Assembly: GCA_051362555.1 (NCBI GenBank)
Contig: CM120640.1
Span: forward strand, 19,530,001 to 19,594,000
DNA: 64,000 nucleotides
Reading direction: 5' to 3'
DNA from: Lingula anatina
Lineage: Eukaryota > Animalia > Brachiopoda
This document shows, in pieces, positions 12,401-26,990 of this stretch (position 1 is the stretch's first letter; each line of letters begins with the position of its first letter). Below the pieces are notes generated by a model. It worked only from the letters and a program-made list of their open reading frames with translations. It made no database searches and was not told the origin of the DNA. Both the position numbers and the translations under genes were made by a program.

Positions 12401-15400
12401 TAATTTTGGATAATAAATCTGAATCTTCTGTTGCATAGGGAGCAAAATATTGATACAAAATTACAGGTTTTTAAGTGTGTGTATGAATGTGTGTGTGTAT
12501 GTATGTATGTATGTATGTATGTGTTTGATTGCGTGTCTTCCCCTTTCAAAATGCCTTATGTCAACTTCACTTTTCTTACATTCAAAACACTATACACATC
12601 TTATCTCATTTTCTGTATCACTATAGTATACATGTATATATAAACTTTGCTTGGGAAATACAAAATTCATTGCAATCTTCTTCCATTATGTACCTCTATG
12701 CAAAACCTCTACTTTCCAAGTATTTCATCCTAGCACTAATTCAGTGCAAGTGTTGTTAACAAGCATTAAAAATGCCACATAATGGTACTGAACTTCCAAA
12801 CATTTTGGTACAAAAATTATGAACTATACAATTTGCCTCTTAAAGTATGATGTACATGCATTATCTACCAGACTAGACAGACTTAAATAATGACCTTTGC
12901 TAAGATGCAGGCATTTGTTCTTTCAACCACCAGATATTGACACTTCCAACATAGACTTGGCATAATATATAATCCCATCATTTATAAAGATACGTTATCT
13001 TAACCTTGAACTGTATGGTTAAAGTTCAAACATTAAAAGGGGAACTTCCAAGAAAATCTTCAATTCCTTTGGTGACGTCACAAGGGATGGTCACAGCTTG
13101 AATAAAATCTAACGCGGAAAACTGTATCACACAGCCGTGGTGAGGACAGATGCACAATTAAATAACATCATGTAGTAGACATATTTGGGGCGCTTTCTTC
13201 CGCACTTGTGTATATGCGTCCCCAAACGTGTTAGTGAAATATTTCAGCACAAATGCATTATTAGCACTACTTTCCTCCTTAGTCGCAAGCACGAATGCAT
13301 GTATTCAAGTGCATTAAAGTGCATGATCCCCCTAGATAAAAAAGAACATCTAATAATACCAACTCCTTAGGGCCAGAGATGCCTCATGAACCTAATAGCA
13401 ACTTGGACAGTGGCCAGGCTTCCTGACATCTGGGTCCATTTCTTCCAGACAGCTTGACCACTCCTGGAACTGACCCAAACCAACTGATCCAGTTACATAC
13501 ACCTCACCTGGTCAAGTCCTATTAGACTCACCTGGTCACAAGATGCTGGACAGCTTTACAACTGGACTGTTATAACTGGAAAGGTCCATTAAGCTACATA
13601 AACAGGACACCCATCCCCATTTCCTTACTCCCTGCCATCAAATGTGAAATGCTCGTGATGCAATCATCATAAATATAATCCGATGATTGCCGTGTTTTGA
13701 TTATTTTGAGGACGTTAAAGATGTATGTTGCACCTGACTAACACCAGATAGCTATGTTTAGAGGATAGACAGGAAATTGAAGATGTTATTAATGAACAAT
13801 AATTTTAATCATGTTGCTGGTTTTCTTTCTTTTGTTTTTTTTTTTTTTTTATTTCTTTATTTCTTGGGTTGGGATGTTCAAAATACGAAGAGAGGAGGGA
13901 AGCCACTTCCTTTGCCTGTTATCGAAAAACAATTTAATGACCCATTTTAGGGAAGACCAGAAATACCATCATGCACGGCAGATTGCAGTCCTTTTCTGTC
14001 ACCTCCATCTTCGTAAAGAAACTGCTGGGACACTTATAGGATACCTCCGTATCATATTAAGCAACTTCACCTGTATAACTCTGCAGCTTCAAGTCATCTT
14101 TCTACTGAACCAGCACAACCTAAGTAAATATTCAATACATGTGCTTCTTCAATAGGATGGTTAGAATAATGTGCTAGGCATGTGGGTGATGGTTATTTGA
14201 GTCCCTATGTTGAGAGATTAAAAGCAGAATTCAGTGTAAATTATATAGGGACTCTACGCTTAAAGGAAATGGGATTGAAACTCATTCAAGATTGCATAAA
14301 TTGCATAATGTACACGTTTCTGACTATTGATTATCTTTCTTTAACTGTCAGAAGCTATTTTATTGTAAACAACATAATAAACAACACATCTATGCATCCT
14401 GTAACAATAATGTTGGAAGCACTGGAGAAAAACCCTGGTCATAAATATTTGCGTAAATCTACTGACCACTTCACTATAAACAGCAGATAAACACAGTGCA
14501 CTGTTGTTGCAAATAGACAGTTACCACAAGAAGTGTTGTTAAAAATAACAGGTTAACATTCAGGTAAATATCACCTTTACTTAAGCATGTGACCATCATA
14601 GTAATTATCAAGACTACACTAAGTATACCCTTCTTTTTACGACCTCTCCCTGCCCCTCCTTCTGTATATATTCTATTTGCTCATTGTAATGCATACAATG
14701 TGTTCTATGGTAATAGCATATGGGGGGGGGGGGTACAAAAGGCCTGAATGATGAGTATAAATATGGAGGACAGACATCCAGTCCCCAACTTAAATAATTT
14801 GCTGCAGTTTCAACCTTGTCATTAAATTAACATTACTAATTCTAATGTAAACTTAACTGGAGACCAAATCACTGACAGGTACAAGCTTACATGTTCCAAC
14901 ACAATATAAGCATTTATTGTTCGAAATAGCTCGGTTATGCCAGGATCAGTTTATGTTAACTGTTACTGAATTGGAAGATAGGAGTCATGAGCTGACCGTG
15001 CCTGAGCGTTTGTTTTTTGGTTTTAACATATATATATTTAAAGTAACTGAATAAACTGATAATTACCATGGCATAAGGTGGGTTCTGCAAAAAACGCAAG
15101 CATTTAAGTTTTAAGAAACCATTAATTAATCTAGAAACTTCTGATTCCCTCTATACTTAGAGGAGATACTCAAGCATATTAATCTTTTTTAAGTTCAAAG
15201 CAACACAGAATTTCAGCACATATCATGTCTCACTATACAAAAATACACAAACTGCAAGGGGGGCAACCATATATATATGATATAACCCATATCATATTAG
15301 GTGACAAAGAATCAATTCTTGATGCAAGCTATGATATAGATTTTAAGTTTCATTGATGGTGCGATCTTTTATGTTCCTCAGAAACACAGGTCACTGCCCT

Positions 15401-17699
15401 GCTATATAGCAGCATTAACTATGTATCACCACAACAATATGACATGCTTCATTGCCCTGGCGTTAAGAGTATGGACTTTAAAAGAGACAGTGCACCTTAT
15501 ACATGGCAAAACATGTTACCAGTACTAGTATTCACAAGTTGCCATTAGACTCCCTGAGCCACCATACATACATACATTCATTCATGTGTTGCGTTATAAT
15601 TTAAAGATGATGTGCAGACTATAGTACAGTACGGCACATGTTATTAGGCTCTCCTCTAAATACATAACACATGTACTTACGTTTAAGCCACTGAATTCCA
15701 AAACACAAGAGAGCATACAGCATGAAAATGTATTCATATAATAATAGGCAGACCCATGCTAGATCTCCTGACTGACTCAGCCCAGCCTCTGCCTCGGCCT
15801 CCACTGCCACCACCTCTTACTGCACGATTCTTCATCAAAGCGAGGGGTCAAGTCCTTGTATTCCTTGCCGTATAAACTATCTTTAGAGGGGAGATAACAA
15901 TTGCTGATGACTGAGAGCACACCAGGCTGTTCAAAACTAGGTCAGACTGCGTTGATTTCCTGTGTTGATTTCCACCCACCCTTCTCAGGCTCGACTCTGC
16001 CTGCCTGTATTGCAATCAATGGGTCAACTGGGACCACTTGCCTTGACTGTAAATTAATTTCTCAGCAGGTGCAATACTGGGTTGTCAGTCAAAGATAAAG
16101 TCCAATGGAGGGGGACTGGTCATATTTATGTAAGGACTCCAGTAGACCTCACGGCTTTTCTGACAGTCAATGAAAAGTACAAAAGAGGAAGACAAAACTG
16201 ACTTAAATCCTGGCTGTCTGTCATATTGAATGGCTTAGTCACTATGCCGAATGGTTATTATGAAAACGCAATACTTCTGCTAAGTTTACCATTCACTCGA
16301 AACAACGTTGAAATAAAATTGGTTCCAACTTGAACAATAATATACTGCATTCAATTTCTTCTTCTTATTTATTTTTTTTCAGATAGTTCTGATAAAATAT
16401 GACAAGTTCATTGGGTCTTCATTACATCACAATCCCATAACCCAGCAGTAATTTTGTGGGGTGAGAACACCCCACGCCTACTCTCTAATAATGTCACACA
16501 GAAGGCTTGACAGGTCTACTATTTGGCGGTGGTTGTACAAAGAGTAAGGTTACATGAATATTGCAAGTAGTGAGCCACTAGTCCCCAGTGCTTCCTGTTG
16601 ATAACCGAGTACACAAAAACATCAAACCCAGCTGACCTGGTTTCAATTCTAGCCACTCTGTGACAGTGCTACTGAAGATTTTCTTTTTCTTCTGAAAAAA
16701 TGTCTTCTATGTCATCAAACTATCTGGCTATCACCCCTCACCCTCCTCTCTTTTCTCTCTCTCTTTCTCTCTCTCCTATTAATGTACAGCAAGTTGTAAC
16801 AAAAACTGATCTTCTTAGTATCAAGAATATATTGGTTCGTTCATTAATTCATACATTAGTCAAACTAATAGTAACGAATGAAACTGAACTAACTGAAATA
16901 TGCTTACATAGGGCCTGTATGTACTGAGATGAAATTTAGAAATATCTAGGTCTGACTTACAGGTAACTTGTAGTTACTTTTTTAACAAATTATAATAAAA
17001 TTAAATAAAAATAGTGCAACAAGTTCATTTTTCAAGTTTAATTAAAATACTATTCAGCTCAAGCCTAGGTTACATTTTTTGTTCACCATGTGCATGTAAT
17101 CTGAATCAGAATGACTGCAAAATTAGTCATATAAAAATTACAGCAAGGCGTACAAGCACAGCGGAGCTATGTACACAGAAAAATGCAATCCCAATATTAA
17201 CACTGTCATCCCTTCTGCAAATTATTTCTGGCACACTTCATCAATTATGTATTTTGGTCTTTTAAGGCATACATCATAACTTTACATTCCCCTAGGGAAC
17301 AACCACTAGCTGTGGACTTTGTGAGTAATCTCTGGACTATATTACCCTATATAGTGGTGGTTTCTATATAGATCTCTGTGTAGCTCGATCTGTGGAAGAA
17401 TCACTTGGACTGAGATAACGTAATTGATCTCCTTTGAGTTGCTTGTCTATTGGTCAAATCAGGATCTATGAAATACTCAATGCATGACATTATTGGAGAC
17501 AATGACAGTTGATTAAGTTGCGGTATTATGTATGATTACAAATACATATGCGTTACATATTTCAAAGTACTCACAGCATGTCTTCTAAACATTAATTTCA
17601 GAGACTTGAATTTCACAAAACTGTGAGAAATCACTATAAATACATATATTTTGTAGACTAAAAAAGGATTCAAAGTAAGTAAAGGTGTGAAGGCCCCAT

Positions 17700-18030
17700 G
17701 AATATCCCCAATTGTAAGTCTCTCAATCCCTAAAGTTTCAAGTTCCTCAATTAAATGGTCCAGGAGAAGATAATAAAAAAATACCAAGTGAAGAAATAGA
17801 AGCGCCCCCAAGGGCAGCCCAACCCTCAGTTGCAAAAAAAAAAAAAAATCTAAGGCCGTATTATAGCTATACATATCCCTGATGTTAGTTCTATCAATCC
17901 CTTTAGTTTTAAGTTCCTCTATCTAATGATCTAGGAAGAGGTCTGAGATAGCAGAAATAACAAATACATATACACATATGAATGGAGGGTAAGTGGGATA
18001 ACTTTTGTCAAATAGGTGTAAGAATAACTA
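17700..18030 (-). repeat. Two diverged tandem units about 170 bp apart, possible reverse-oriented HINE relic
   Basis: ATATCCC...TCAATCCCT..AGTTT.AAGTTCCTC...AATG.TC.AGGA occurs at about 17703 and about 17873, followed by a degenerate (ACAT)n-like stretch near 17961. Confidence 0.45.
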
Positions 18031-18488
18031 GATAATTAAGTAGAATTCAGCATAAGGCGAATAAGTCATAAATCTGTTGATAATAAGTGGCGTTTCCAAG
18101 AATAATTACTTAAATATTCAATCTCCTTGATAACGATAGGCTAGATTACAGACCAAGTCATAATTTAAAACTAAAATGTGTACAGATCTGAAACAAACAA
18201 ACATATCCCTGCCTTCCTCAACAGTGGTAAATTTTCAAGATCTGGATATTCATCATCTGCATGTTTAATAATTAATAGCTATATAATCTTATCTAAGCTT
18301 ACCAGGTACATAAGATAATACACATACTCATTTACAAAAAAAAAAAAAAAAAAAAATGTGTCTGGAGCAAATTGGTCAAGAGTGTTGAATGCAATTTCAA
18401 TCCATCTCAGTAGTGCATCCTTCTTATCAAGCTTACAACAGCAGTTTCCCTGTAAAAAACACAAGTCTGGCTTTCAACACAAGTTATA

Positions 18489-18871
18489 CCACATTCACAC
18501 TAGCACTTTTAACCGCGGTCAAGGCCTGACCTCGGTCCTATCGCAGTTAACTTTTCTTATGTGAACGAACGACGTAGCCCTGACCGCAGTCAAAATAAAC
18601 CCAGATCGTGAGGTGGGTATAATCAGAGTAAACTCCTGACCGCGGTCAAGACCGGATGTCTACATGTGAAGCGCATGCGCACAAGTGTATCGTCATTTGA
18701 GCTCCCGCCATGTTTCACAGATTCTAGTAAAAGCGCATGCTTGACAGGAAGTACGCTTGCTGAGATTCTACCGCTACTGATCGCTACCGGTGTCAGTGTG
18801 AACGCGGTTTGGTTGACAGCGGTTTAATCGGAGTAAACTCAACTGCGGTTAACATTCTAATGTGAATAGCC
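18489..18871. mobile_element. MITE with imperfect terminal inverted repeats, Harbinger/Tourist-like
   Basis: Left end ATTCACACTAGCACTTTTAACCGCGGT versus reverse complement of right end ATTCACATTAGAATGTTAACCGCAGT. Internal ACCGCGGT and GAGTAAACTC repeats. CpG-rich patch in a CpG-poor intron. Superfamily inferred from the GGCTATTCACA terminus. Confidence 0.65.
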
Positions 18872-21800
18872 TATTTAAGAAAAAATAGCGATACATCTGC
18901 CTAAAACATGACTGCAAACTTCTATCAGCCCAATGTGGGTCACTGTGATCATGTGTACCTCTTCTCCACTGTTCACTTTTTTAACATGGAATCTGCTACT
19001 CTCTTTTGGTTTGACTCATGCTTATAAAGCAAATTTTTCATCCAGTGTTAAAGATAATTAGCAGGTGATTTTTTCTTTTCTGACATTTTTCGGGGATATG
19101 GTAAAAATAATACAATATGGTAAGAACTGTTTTCTAAAGAACCAGGCTTAGTATTCTATCTGGTCAACAGAGACCTTATCAATATAAATACTGCCATTAA
19201 CCACTGAATTCATTTCCAAATATGAAGAATTGCATAAAATTAACAATTTGAAACAGTAAATTTTTAATAAGTGGTAATAATGCTACTATCACTTTATCAT
19301 AATCAGATGATTTATCATTGATCACCACATAAACTTCTTATGAAAATTAATGAGGTAAATGAAAAAATGTATTACCCAGGATTTAGGTGTTTTTTTTTTT
19401 TTTTTTTTTTGTTTTTTTTTTTTGTTTTTTTTTTTCACACTGAAGTATTCATGCACAGATGCAAATACAGAAATACCTACAACCTATATTCTCTTAAGAA
19501 TGATCAGCCCGAGCTGTTCAGTGCACCAAGTTTCACACAATCCTCCCTACGGGTCAAGAATTTAGGGTTCTCAATAACAAGGAGTGGTGACCCAAGTAGC
19601 ACCTTTCTTCCTGTAACAGTAGCTGATAAACTATCAGAATTACATCTCATCAACTGAGCTACCCATAGATGTACTAGGTGAACTAGAACCAAGTCATGTC
19701 TCCAGTCAAGGTGGATTAATATTGGTACTTGGTACGTCCTAACTAAGATAGTAATTTGAGGCTAATCATTATTTGAGGTCAATCTTACAGCTTGTACCTT
19801 TCCTACAAATAAAATGGGCCAAGCAAAATGACACGATGATTTCCTATCCACCCCCTCTTGGTTAACTGACTATAATCAGGCATCTTGTAATAAACAGACT
19901 TGAGATAACATGATCCACCTTGATAACTGTACCTTTTGTCTATTGTCTTATACATTAAAACTTGGCATACAATTAATATATAAACCATGATGCTTGATCA
20001 ATATTAGAAATTCCTGGTTCATGGTTTTTCAACTAAGCCATATAAAATCCCCTTTTCCCCACAAACCAAAATCAATCTAGAATCTAGTTCATAAAATCAA
20101 GTTTTTTTTTACACATGATGAAATACTACTCATACACACCTCATTAGACTGCTACTTATAAAAAATCAAACAATCAGATGAACCAATGTTTGAATTATTG
20201 GAAATATGGTACTGATAACATCTTATGTCAGAAAATTACAAGCAAAACTGAAATGTGTAGTCAAAAAAAAATATGAGTCATCTTCTTAGAAGAAAATTAT
20301 TCCTGATGCTTTTTTTCACTTTAAAAAAACAATGCTTACATAACTTCCAAGTAACAAAATAAGTCTTGAAATAGAAACATTTAGAACAAACAAGACATAT
20401 CAAATACTTCCTAACAAAGGGAACAGTCTGACATAATACTTTGTTCCACCCACATTCATAAAATCCCATTAGAAACTAATATTTTGAACAATTTCAAATT
20501 GGACAAGTATTTTCTAACAAGCAATTTTAAAATCTCTCTACCTAAACAGAACGTAATCTAGCTACTCAAATTCTTCTATGATAGCAACAAGGTAAGTAAA
20601 AAATAGGTAAACAATTAATGAGCAGAAGTTTCTTGCCATTCTGTCAGACACAAGTTTACTAGGACCCAGGTACCAGCCTAGCAGTAGTCCACCTCTGCGC
20701 AGGTATGCTCCATTTACTAAGGTGGTGTTAGATTAAAGAACATCTTATTAAACATTATATATCAATCTATGAAAATTGTAAAGAATGACAGAGTCCAATT
20801 TCTTGATGATAATTTGTAGTCAATAGTTGAACTTTCTTTTTCTGTTTTTTTCCCCAATTTTACAGCCTAAGGTTATTTTGAGTTTATAACACAGTATCAC
20901 ATGAATATGCGCAAGAGCATTAAAGTACATCACTCTCTGTATATTCTTTAGTGTGGGTACAACACGTTTGAAACTCAACACTTTCTTTTTTTGTGTGTGA
21001 ATGTGCCATTCTTTAAATAGGCTGCTTTTAGAAACAAAAGGTTTCAAGTGATTTTTTTAAAAATTACATTTTTAGTAAGGAAAAAAAATACAGTATCAAA
21101 TTAAAAGTTCCCATTCAGCAGACCCACAAATTTCTTCACGCATTCAGTTTAAATTGAGCAATTTAAATGAGATATAAAGCTACATAACTCTTTATCATGA
21201 ATCACGCCCTAAATATATTTCAGGTTTATCAGTGATAATAGATTCCAATCGATATTCTGAGATCTAAATATGGACTTGATGTATCAAAAAATAAGTCACC
21301 AGATCAATGCTGAATCCCACTATGAAGACTTTTTCACTTGAACAACATTTCCCCACTTCATATGTTGATCAATTTATTTTTCAGCTAACAGTTCTCTCTT
21401 TATCACTTAAATATTGAAAAATCCATCACACTCATTTAATAAGACATGATAGGAAATTAAATTTATAAATACCTTACAACTCTAATTTAAACGATATTTT
21501 CTAAATCAGTGGGGAATGGGGATAAGGGTATAGTGAATTTGGGAGAGGAGATAGAAAACGGGACACTGAACAGGGAAGCACTGGCAGCTCTACAAGATAT
21601 ACTGTGATATGTTTAAAAAATATGTTTAAGCAGGGGCTAGGAAGTTGCTGTAAACCACAAAGTGCCACCACTTTTGTAAAAAGAATCAGTGTTTAAGTAC
21701 TTCATCTTCTACTTGTCCAATATGTCCAGTAATGTGGTTTGCTGACACTGGTGCAGAAAATCTACAAGACCATCCTAAGAAAGATATTCCATGTTCAAGG

Positions 21801-24800
21801 TGTATTTTACAAATTAAATATGATCCCTGACAGCCCTCTACTATTAACCAAATATCTTTACTATTAGGTGCTCATTCATCAGCTTTCAAACATGGTCTGA
21901 CATATATACCAAAACCTGACCACAAAAGAGATGTTTTTCTTGAATTCCTACACCACCTTCATGAATGAAAAGTTCATCTTTTACATTTGTTTGCAAACCA
22001 CTAAATCAAACTCTTCAACAATTTTGTAAATCAGTCCTACCTTTACCTGAAACCAAGAAGCATTGTGGTTCGCAAATTCTTTTTCTACAATGGGGACTGT
22101 GTTATTTTACTGTGCTGCCACAATTCAGTGCCCCCCTCCTCCTTATTCAATACACATCCCGATTCATTCATAAATTGGTGGGAGGCAGGCCTGAGCAAAA
22201 TGGCGGGGGTTGCATAGGCCCTATTACCACTCCTAAGTATGTCTTCGGGTTCAGTTAGACACCGGCAAATAATCACTGTGCAAGTCTAAACTTGATTCCG
22301 ACCAAGTTTATTATTGTCTACACCTCAATAGAATATAAAATCTTGCTGACATGTATGCTAAATAAGGCCGATTACTGCTTGTTACGCAGAAAAATGCCTA
22401 CCATGGCGTCCTTATCAAAATAGCCGATCCATGAACAGTGTTGACAAAGATCTCTGCCATTTAGTATTAACCAGACTTGTATTGACTTTTCCTCCTTTGA
22501 TACACGTTGGTTGATACAAGAACACAAACTACACGAGATTGAGAAAAAACAGACTCCGGCCCTTAAATCAACAGCGCCTATCCACACTCCAGGTCACCCC
22601 AAGCATATTATTCCTTCTCCATTCATACATATTCTAAATATACACTGATCAGATCTTGAAAAGTCACAATCTTTACCATTCATGTGACTGAAAATATTGA
22701 ACTTCATCTAATTCTTCTCTAAAACTGACTGGTGAAAAAATATTTCTTCAAGCAGTTTACACTGGCTAATTACATAATTCAACATTGCAGCATATTTATC
22801 AAGCAATATTTAACCCAGTTATGACTGACCATATAATTCAGTGTCTTTTCCTCAATTTAACTGAAAAACATTGTGCATCATTCCCAATAAACATCAATCT
22901 CTCACATAATATACTGTATAAGAGTGCAATAAGCTACTTACCACCCAGATAAGTGCATTTTCTAACTGAACGGTTTATTTTATACCGAGGCCACACCTAT
23001 GCCAAAGCCATATATACCGCCATCTCCGCGACGTCAAAGACATCAGCTACTTTCCCATACTATAGATGATCACATCTCCAACGGGATTATCATACACTGC
23101 CTTTATCCCCTTGAAATTCTACAGCCACGGGCTATCTCTTCAAGCCCAATCTGGATGTGGGTAAAAATACAATTCCTACTCCTATTCTCTCCCACAGCCT
23201 GGTTGCTGCTATTCCATATAAGACATACATAATATATCCATGGAAGCATTCCATGGCATTATACAATGACAAGAGCCTGGCTGTGGAGAATGCCAGCAAA
23301 AATCAATAAAATTATGGACTTGTAATGTTCTACTGAATGTATGTAGTAGTGCAGCAAGCAGCCTATCTCGGCAGCAGCAATGAGAGGCGGCAAGGAAAAT
23401 ACAATACCACAGGTCACCTGTCACACTGACATTAAATTCCCAGGGTCCGTTTACAAATCTATGCCATTTATATTCATTTCTCATAACTCATAATCAAAAA
23501 TTGGTCAATACAAACCGGAGCATTATTCATTCAACATGTTAAACATCTGGACTTTAGTCATGACATATTAAAATATATATATTCAGCAATGATAAAAAAA
23601 AATTGTGAGAAAAAATTTCAAAAGTGATTGTATTAAATGCAAACAAATACAACACATTCAACATGAATACAACATATTTAATGATTCAGCTGTTTTTTTT
23701 TTTGTTTTTTTTTTTCATCTTTTGGAAAACTCCTATGGATGAAAGTGCCATATTCATTGTTCCCTGTGGAGATTGAACTATACTACACTGATGACCAATA
23801 CTAGTAAGTTTATGACCTCAGCCACAATTCATTTACTACACAGTTTTTACATAACTGGTAAAAAGCATTTACGAAAGTCAATAACTAGTACTTTGTGCCA
23901 GTACGCAAGTCTTTCAAAAACTGTCTGACATGTTTTTCTTTCTTTCCATCTTCATGCTATAAACTCTCCCATTTAAATTAATTTGTATAATGATTAAATG
24001 CCACTCAAATCAGACACACATTTATTGACCACACAAGAGTATTCTGAGCACATTTAAGAATTTCTTCATTATACTTTATAGGCCATTTTACCCGCTATTT
24101 CATTGTGTTTCCCTCCTATTGTAATTCATACACACAGCAAACACATTAACATTTTACCTTTTCACCTCAGGTCCCAGTTGTTATGACACTAGCTTGTTTC
24201 CTGTTGGCCGAGTGGTATCTAATTCTATTGACTTCCCTTCCATATTGCACGCTTTGTTTAGTACACCATCCACTGGCTATGGGCATATAATGTTATGTTC
24301 ATTTTAACCTCACTAGTGAGAGTATTAGAGGAATGAATCACCCTCGGCCAAGGACTATGGATAAAAATAGTCTTTCTCTGAAACAACATGCCCAGTCGAA
24401 GCCATTACACAGCTTGCTATAGGGGGGAGGATAGCTGTATATAAATGGAGAAATAAACATGTGACTGATACTGCCAATATTTCTGAGCTTGACAATCAAT
24501 ATTATAGCACATGTCACAACTGTAAATGAATAGCTTTCTCGTTAAGTGGTGTTATCTTGATTGGACAAGCCCCTAAAATGAAAGTTTGTCTAATAGTGTA
24601 TGACAATAATATTAGAACAGCTTGCAAAAGAAAAAAATATCAATAAAAACAATGCTGAACCTGTATCTTTAATATGTTCATTACTCATACTTAACAAACC
24701 TCAAACCATTTGTATTTGCTTTAGGGATTTAATCACTAGCAAAAACTAGGTTTATTTATAAGTCCTCAGGAGGGTAAGGTAAAACTAATCTACCTGACCA

Positions 24801-26818
24801 AATTATATTACCACTTCATACCTACCACTTCAAAAAAAAAAAAAAAAAAGAAAAGAAAAAGAAAAAGAAAAAAATCCAAATGAAAAATAATAAAAATGCA
24901 TGTTGATATCCTCTTTTGTCAAATAAACATGCTACAATTGTTCAACATGACTGATAAATTGCATCACATTACACAGAATTGCATTAACATAGACCCCCAT
25001 AGAAGACTACTAGTAGCCTTTATTTACACAATCAGTGCTAAATGGAGAAACCGTTTAAAACCTTTGACCCAAACAAACTCTGCTTCTCACCTTGTTCAAA
25101 CAAACCAAACCTAAACCTTCTGATTAGCTTGGCAAATAAGGTGGAGAAAACTTCCCAATCACTTATCCAATTATCCCAAGACTGTCCAAATTATGCTGGA
25201 GTGACCAGAATTTCAAAGTGAAAGCTGTGCACTTGTAAACCCCAGCCTGATGTACTGTGTTTGTGTACTGGCCATGCTGACAGCTTAATGTTAAATAAAC
25301 CTTGGGTGTCTATTATGTAATTGTGTTATTGCCCTGAAATGCAAGGTGTGAGTTCACTTTCTTCCTCCTATTTTCATTTTATACAACAGTGACATATACC
25401 TAAATCTAACATATAGTGTAAAGTATTATTATCATTGTAAGTTATGCATTAAATGTTCATGAAATCATTTAACGCATAATATAAGACTAACAATTATCTA
25501 GCCACACAGTTGACATTTCCCTGTCTTTAGAGGTTCTGACAACATTGTTTCAGACACGACTTATATCTTCAAAAGCATAACATGGTCAGACTCAATAATT
25601 AATTTTAGAACTAAAAATAATTCTTAAGTATGATTAGAAAAGCATCCCTATTCAATCAAGCAGGTAATTTACAAAAAAAAACAAACTTTTCATTAAGAAA
25701 CAGCATACTGGAGTAATGCATAGAAATCTCTTAGTATATAATGTTTCTTTTTCAAGCACTTCACTAACTAGCCATGTGAAGAAATTTTCATCATTGATGT
25801 ATCTCCTTGTCACATGCAACTGATTTTATTTATTATCTTTTCATTTCATTTTTCTCTATGTTTTACAATTTATTAATTTTGTTAAATGGTAGTTTTCAAC
25901 TAACAAGTCTCAAAATAATTATAATACACAATTATATTCCTTTTTCAAGTACCATTTATTTTCTCTATCTGAGAGAAGAATTGTGTCATGAATTAGCAAA
26001 AGACATCTGTGAATTTCTAGAGAAAAATCCATCTTTGACCATGGCAGAGTGTGACATGCCATCAGGAGATACCTACATAGACAATAAGAAGTCAGAGCAT
26101 GATAAGTCTCATGTCCACTTTCTCAAACTTATGTTTTTAGCTCACAGCTTCAATAAAATGCCACATAATGTATTTCCTTTCAAACATTTAACATAAACAA
26201 TTTGCTTTAAAATCGTATCCTTTAACCGGTATTTTCACTGTCAAAATCCCTTTTTATTCAATATTACCCCTGGAGAGATAAAAGACCCACCATATTGTTT
26301 CTCTTGAATTACATTCATGAATATGCTTTAAAATGGACATTATACCTCAACTTCTAGCTCATTACAGCTCATAAGAGTAAAATTCATAATCCTTCAGGCT
26401 TAAACACAACCAGTGTTTAGTAAGAGTGGATGATATATTTTAACATCTTAAAAGAGATACTATAAAACTATAGTAGCTGCAAAAATGCTTAAAAACGACC
26501 AAACAGTTAATTTGTAATATGTAAACAACTTAGAGGTAACCAAATCCAGCGGCTGCAGACCACAAGTTAACATACGTTCAAAACTTAATAATTTTTCACA
26601 TAAAAGTAAACATACATAAGTCTACGTCTTTAAATATAACCTAAATATATACATCTCACTCGTAGTACTTAGTAAAATACCTGAACGGAGCGGTTTAAGG
26701 ACTAGAGCGGACAAGGCATGGTGTGATGTGCTTGCGTTGCCAGCAAGTGCTATAATGGGGAGACCGACCAGCCTTCTCATCAACCGGCGTACACTTCTTG
26801 AGTGCGATTGATACGTAC

Positions 26819-26990
26819 CTGGCAAATCAGCCGCATGGAAACACAACGATATACTTTATCCTCTGGCTACAGTGAAATTTTCTTTTGCGATTTTGGATAT
26901 ATTCTTTAAGATAAAAATATTACACGTTTAGCAGCATGAAATTTTCCGCCGCCATGTTAAAACCGATTTCCTGCCGGATATAGAGTTAGG
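26819..26990 (-). promoter_or_regulatory. Probable promoter and first non-coding exon of p190RhoGAP
   Basis: YY1-type motif AACATGGCGGCGG (26946-26958, minus) followed by a CAG|gtacgt donor at 26819/26818. CpG density rises locally relative to the intron, and no other coding gene lies between here and the ATG at 7277. The upstream boundary is approximate. Confidence 0.55.
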
